A stretch of 64,000 nucleotides of DNA. It comes from an uncultured Chloroflexia bacterium. Its GTDB lineage: Bacteria; Chloroflexota; Anaerolineae; JAAYZQ01. The notes beneath the pieces are model-generated. The model did not search any database. It was not told the origin of the DNA and worked only from the letters and a program-made list of their open reading frames with translations. The DNA lies in assembly GCA_963700285.1 (NCBI GenBank), contig CAVOXA010000001.1, forward strand, positions 1,472,001-1,536,000, given 5' to 3'. Below are positions 60,041 through 64,000 of the stretch, one piece after another (position 1 is the stretch's first letter; every line of letters starts with the position of its first letter). Made by a program: the position numbers and the translations under genes.

Positions 60041-60408
60041 GAACAGAGTCCGTAGCCCTCCTGACACCAGGCGAGCGGGCAGCAGTAGCAGAGTACGTCG
60101 CCCAGGTTCAGCGTCGTTTCCCTGACCGTGTCCTGGCCGTGTCCCTCTTTGGCTCCAAAGCGCGTGGAGATGCTGGCTCAGAATCGGACATTGATCTTTT
60201 GGTCGTAGTGGACAAGGAGGACCGCAGGTTCACTTCTGACCTATGGCGTATCGCCTCCGACCTGTCTCTGGAATACAACGTCGTACTCTCGGTGCGCGTG
60301 TTTGCCCAGGCCCGCTGGGCAGAGGCCCGGCGGATTCGCTTGCCTCTGGCTCGTGCGTTCGAGGCTGACGGCATCCCCCTGACAGGGTGGCCTTCCCCTA
60401 CGACTTAG
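60037..60408 (+). CDS. Minimal nucleotidyltransferase (MNT)
   Basis: LFGSKARGD...SDIDLLVV. ATGA overlap with the HEPN gene. Confidence 0.9.
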   Translation: MRTESVALLTPGERAAVAEYVAQVQRRFPDRVLAVSLFGSKARGDAGSESDIDLLVVVDKEDRRFTSDLWRIASDLSLEYNVVLSVRVFAQARWAEARRIRLPLARAFEADGIPLTGWPSPTT

Positions 60409-60589
60409 CTGCTTTCGCCCTGCCTGCATCGCTCATTTCGCGGGAACTGCTTCAAGACATAGGAAAGGCTGTTTGTGCATGGTTGCCTCTGCCCACGACG
60501 TGTAGTACAGCCACCACCGACCAGATCTCAGCAAACGCGATATCGGCTCATTGCGCCTTTCGCCCTTCTCGTGCCCACAAGGAAACCTG

Positions 60590-60910
60590 TCTGGCGGATT
60601 TCACGGTCGTATCCTGCGCGTCAATCTGACGGACAGCCAGATCAGCGTCGAGACCCCTGACGAGGCATTCTACCGGCGTTACCTGGGCGGCGCGGGCCTG
60701 GCCGCCTACTACCTGCTCAAGGCGGATGACCGGCTTTCCTGCGAATGGCCGAGCCACTGAGTCCTGACGGAGCGGGAGATCCCGTCGGCGCTCCTTTTGA
60801 TCCTGCTGCCCTTGAAGCAGCCCTGCCGTTCTATCATGAAATGGTGGACTGGGGCTCGGAAACGGGCGTGCCACGCCCTGCCAAGCTGTTCGAGCTGGGC
60901 GTTGGAGCAA
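60590..60910 (+). pseudogene. Aldehyde:ferredoxin oxidoreductase remnant (N-terminal end joined to C-terminal end)
   Basis: GFHGRILRVNLTD..I..E.PDE.FYRRYLGGAGLA.YYL (N-terminus) is joined to DDRL..RMAEPL...FYHEMVDW..ETGVP...KL.ELG (C-terminus), with a frameshift. The catalytic core is missing. Confidence 0.78.
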
Positions 60911-61120
60911 CTGGAGACCTGACAGTCGTGGCCCCTGGCTGGCAGTGGCGCATGTTGCAGGCATTCAGTCACGGACAGAACTCGCGCCTGGTGGCTGCCA
61001 TCGGGGGTTTGACCTCTGGAGACCGCTGTACTGGTCAGATCGGTGAGAGCCTGAAGCGAAGGGCCAGTCTCGTGTTCCAGGCGGTGATCAACCGGCGGGC
61101 CAAGTGCGGCTAGCTTCCGC

Positions 61121-61837
61121 TTAGGCCTGGCATAGCACCTGCTGATCAAAGCTCTCCAGCAGGGCAGGCAACAATCCGATGTGCTCCAGTTCTACATAAT
61201 CGATTGACGGCTCGTGCTGCATCTCCACGCTCTCATGCGCCCAGGTGAGGGGATAGGGGATGTGGACAGCCTGTGCCCCCAGGGCGACGACGGGAAGCAC
61301 GTCGGAGCGGAGCGAGTTTCCTACCATCAGGAACCGCCCGGCAGGAATCTGATACTTTTGCAGGAGCGAGGCATAGACCTCGGTTGACTTGTCTGCCACG
61401 ATCTCGATGTGGCGAAAGTAGCCTCCCAAACCTGAGCGGGCAAGCTTGGTCTCCTGGTCCAGCAGGTCGCCCTTGGTGATGAGCATCAGCCGGTGCCTTG
61501 ACGCCAATTCCGGGATTACCTCCGCGACGTGGTCCAGGAGTTGAACGGGTGCGTTCAGCATCTCTTTGGCCAGGTTCAGGATCTCCTGAACCTCGCTGGC
61601 CAGGATGCGGCCCCCGGTGAGCTGGATGGCAGTCTCTATCATTGACAGGGTAAAGCTCTTGATACCGTAGCCGTAGAACTGTAGGTTCTGCATTTCGGTC
61701 TCATAGAGCGCCTGTTGGCTCCAAGTCCCCTGGTCGTAGCGGGCTAGCAGTTCCCGGAAGCGCTCTTGTGTGATGGAATAGAGGGTTTCGTTGTGCCACA
61801 GTGTGTCGTCAGCGTCAAGGGCGATGACGTCGATCAT
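61121..61837 (-). CDS. HAD-superfamily hydrolase
   Basis: DADDTLW, ITKGD, K and MVGNSLRSD. Confidence 0.9.
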   Translation of the reverse strand: MIDVIALDADDTLWHNETLYSITQERFRELLARYDQGTWSQQALYETEMQNLQFYGYGIKSFTLSMIETAIQLTGGRILASEVQEILNLAKEMLNAPVQLLDHVAEVIPELASRHRLMLITKGDLLDQETKLARSGLGGYFRHIEIVADKSTEVYASLLQKYQIPAGRFLMVGNSLRSDVLPVVALGAQAVHIPYPLTWAHESVEMQHEPSIDYVELEHIGLLPALLESFDQQVLCQA

Positions 61838-61850
61838 GGATATCCCCCGG

Positions 61851-62282
61851 CTAGCTCTTCAGATTCATCATCACCAGGCCAGCAGCGCAGACCAGGATGC
61901 CAGCGACATTGAGCGGTGACAGCTTTTCCCTGAACAGCGACAGGCCGACGGGGATCAGCAGGAGGGTCATGGTCGCATTTACAAAGATGGCGGCTACGCT
62001 AATCCTCCAGCCGGACCGATAGGCCAGCAAATAGCCAGCCTCCAAACCCACCAGGGCGAGTGCCAAAACGTAGCTGGCCCAATTCAGTTGCTTGAATGCT
62101 TCCACGATCCCTGTTTTGAGTGGAAAGAAGGGCAGCAGGCACAGACTGAGGATCATCGCCAGCCCATAGGTAACGACCAGAGAGATGGCGGGGTTGACGT
62201 GGCCTGGCGTCACCTTCAGCACCACGTGGTACATGACCGAGGCGGCGATGGTTAAGACGATGGAGAAGTAAAAGAGGACCAT
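61851..62282 (-). CDS. EamA/DMT-family small membrane transporter
   Basis: Five hydrophobic helices, LEAGYLLAYRSGW and FREKLS...G. Confidence 0.82.
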   Translation of the reverse strand: MVLFYFSIVLTIAASVMYHVVLKVTPGHVNPAISLVVTYGLAMILSLCLLPFFPLKTGIVEAFKQLNWASYVLALALVGLEAGYLLAYRSGWRISVAAIFVNATMTLLLIPVGLSLFREKLSPLNVAGILVCAAGLVMMNLKS

Positions 62283-62439
62283 GGGTGAAGCTCCTTAGGC
62301 TTGCGGCGAATGCCAAAGCTGGCCTGGCTAGATGGCAAAAGTCCGGTGAAGGCCTGCAAAAGTCCAGACCACTCGTCGGGCTTGGGTAGGTCAAAGATGC
62401 TGCCGGCAAAGAGTCGGAATTGTCAGTGCGCCACCAGAC

Positions 62440-63897
62440 TCAGCCCGCGGCTATCTCTGCCTCTGCCTGCCGCTTGAGTCGACTCAGTGCGGCCAGGACG
62501 TCGCCAGGCAGAGGCGGGACCTGATGATTCTGGTCTATCTCTTCCAGCTTTTCCCGGATCCGCTGGTTGATGTCCTTGGCGCCGTCGGCCTGCCAGATAG
62601 AGTAGTCATGTCGGGCCAACAGGCTGGGACGCCACAGCTCCTGCCGGAACCGGCGATAAGTATGGTCTTCCTGCAAAAAGTGACCTCCCGGGCCGACCTT
62701 TTCCACGACATCCACAGCCAGGGTACCGGCATCGACTTCGATCCCCCGGCAGAAGCGTTTGGCCATGCCAATCGCTTCGTTGCCCAGGACCAGCATCTCT
62801 GTGGAGCAGACCATAGCCGAGTCCATGTAGCCTACATCGTGGATCAGGTTCAGGCCAGCCAGACCCTGGGCCAAAATGGAAAAAGCGCTCTCCATCCCGG
62901 CCTGAGGATCCAAAACCTTGGAATCAGTCGCACCCGCCAGTCCCCAGGTGGGCAGGCCCATGGACCGAGCAACCTCTGCCTGCCCGGCAAGGGCCAGGCT
63001 CATTTCTGGCGCAGCTACCGTCAACTGAGTGGTAGACATGTCAAACACCGACATGTTGGCGCCCAAGACACAGGGTGCACCAGGCCTGCGCAATTGGGCC
63101 AGAACCACGCCCATGAGCGATTCAGCCACAACCTGGGCGATGGCTCCGGCCAGGGTCACTGGACCGGTGGCGCCGAACTGGACCGACGGTCCTGGGATCT
63201 GGGGCATGAACAGATCGGCCGAAATAAAGATCCGTTCAACGACCTCGTCAGGGTATACCAGGGGGGAGATGGGTTCCGGATAGGCTAGCAGGAAGGGCCG
63301 CTCCCTTAGTTCATCCAGGCCGCCGGCAATTTCAGCCGCCATCTCGTAGACCCGCTCCGAGCCACGAGCAGAGTAGCCGATGAATACGACGGGCTTGGTG
63401 GTGTTGGTGACGACGGCCTCGAATTCATAAACGTCAGCCGCCAGGGCAGGAACGTCCTGGGATGAGCCCATGGGCATCACCCAGTCGATATCTGGCAGTG
63501 CATCCGCGACCTTGGCCCCAAAGGCAATGTCCGCTACCAGGGTTCCGCGGATCTCACCTGTGAACGCGTCCCGGGTCCTGGGACTGGCCGTCGACGTGCC
63601 GTAGTAGCTTTTCCGCCCTTCAACTTCCATGGCCCGGTTGCCATCGCGGTCAAAGATCACAAAGCCCTTGGGGGCTGTCCGGATACACTCCTCAACGATG
63701 TGCTGTGGTACCTTCACCCGTTCCTCCTTGACCAGGGCGCCGGCCTGCTTGAGCAGTGCCCTGGCCCCTTGGTGAAGGACGGTGCAACCGGTGTGTTCCA
63801 GGATGTCCAGAGCGGCTCGCTTGATCGCCCAGACCTGTGCGTCGTCCAAGACACGAAAGTGTACCGAACTCGATCGAGGGAATGCGGTTTGAATCAT
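62440..63897 (-). CDS. mttB: MttB-superfamily (TMA/quaternary-amine:corrinoid) methyltransferase, non-pyrrolysine type
   Basis: NTTKP, PISPL, GATGPVTLAGA, GLPTWGLAGATDSK..D.QAG.E, NLIHDVGY and VGPGGHFL...HT. No in-frame TAG. Confidence 0.9.
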   Translation of the reverse strand: MIQTAFPRSSSVHFRVLDDAQVWAIKRAALDILEHTGCTVLHQGARALLKQAGALVKEERVKVPQHIVEECIRTAPKGFVIFDRDGNRAMEVEGRKSYYGTSTASPRTRDAFTGEIRGTLVADIAFGAKVADALPDIDWVMPMGSSQDVPALAADVYEFEAVVTNTTKPVVFIGYSARGSERVYEMAAEIAGGLDELRERPFLLAYPEPISPLVYPDEVVERIFISADLFMPQIPGPSVQFGATGPVTLAGAIAQVVAESLMGVVLAQLRRPGAPCVLGANMSVFDMSTTQLTVAAPEMSLALAGQAEVARSMGLPTWGLAGATDSKVLDPQAGMESAFSILAQGLAGLNLIHDVGYMDSAMVCSTEMLVLGNEAIGMAKRFCRGIEVDAGTLAVDVVEKVGPGGHFLQEDHTYRRFRQELWRPSLLARHDYSIWQADGAKDINQRIREKLEEIDQNHQVPPLPGDVLAALSRLKRQAEAEIAAG

Positions 63898-64000
63898 GAC
63901 AGTCGACTCCTTATGATAGGCTCCAGTTCGCTGATTATATCACAAGTGGCAGCCGTAGCACAATCAGTTGTACGCGGATTCGACGGGGACTGCCCACCTT

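Noticed and set aside
58400-61100. Possible genomic island or mobile element around the HEPN-MNT pair
   Set aside because: No integrase, transposase, tRNA target, terminal inverted repeats or target-site duplication was found.
62900-62960. Pyrrolysine readthrough in the MttB homolog
   Set aside because: There is no in-frame TAG; the ORF is continuous.
63970-64000. GGATTCGACGGGG, resembling the tmRNA 5' end
   Set aside because: It lacks the GGGG acceptor-stem start and is cut by the window edge, so it cannot be supported.

Overview
A GC-rich 64 kb bacterial chromosomal segment with almost all genes on the minus strand. The protein families, V/E/K- and P/T-rich linkers and palindromic intergenic repeats suggest Chloroflexota (Anaerolineae-like), which is an inference. 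From left to right: (1) a BTAD/SARP-AAA-TPR activator followed by three paralogous ~85-aa proteins that share an ungapped C-X35-C-X-stop C-terminus, with an 11-bp-periodic TTTGTA repeat promoter found three times in this block; (2) a TerB-like protein and an atypical OmpR-type regulator; (3) a ~27 kb DeoR-headed sugar/amino-sugar catabolic region containing a Dpp/Opp-type ABC importer without ATPase genes, plus pxpA and a pxpBC fusion; (4) a ~16 kb cell-surface locus with three paralogous fusions of an amino-acid-binding domain to NBR1-Ig and Cys-pair Ig modules, together with META, PKD, DNRLRE and LCP proteins and no transporter genes; (5) MscS, PIG-L and NHL-repeat genes; (6) a decayed patch with a heparinase/alginate-lyase relic, a HEPN-MNT pair and an aldehyde:ferredoxin oxidoreductase remnant; (7) HAD, EamA and non-pyrrolysine MttB genes. 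About 14 single-base indels split otherwise intact genes and are most likely long-read consensus errors. No rRNA, tRNA, CRISPR array, integrase or transposase was recognised. All family assignments come from motif recognition by eye; no database search was run.
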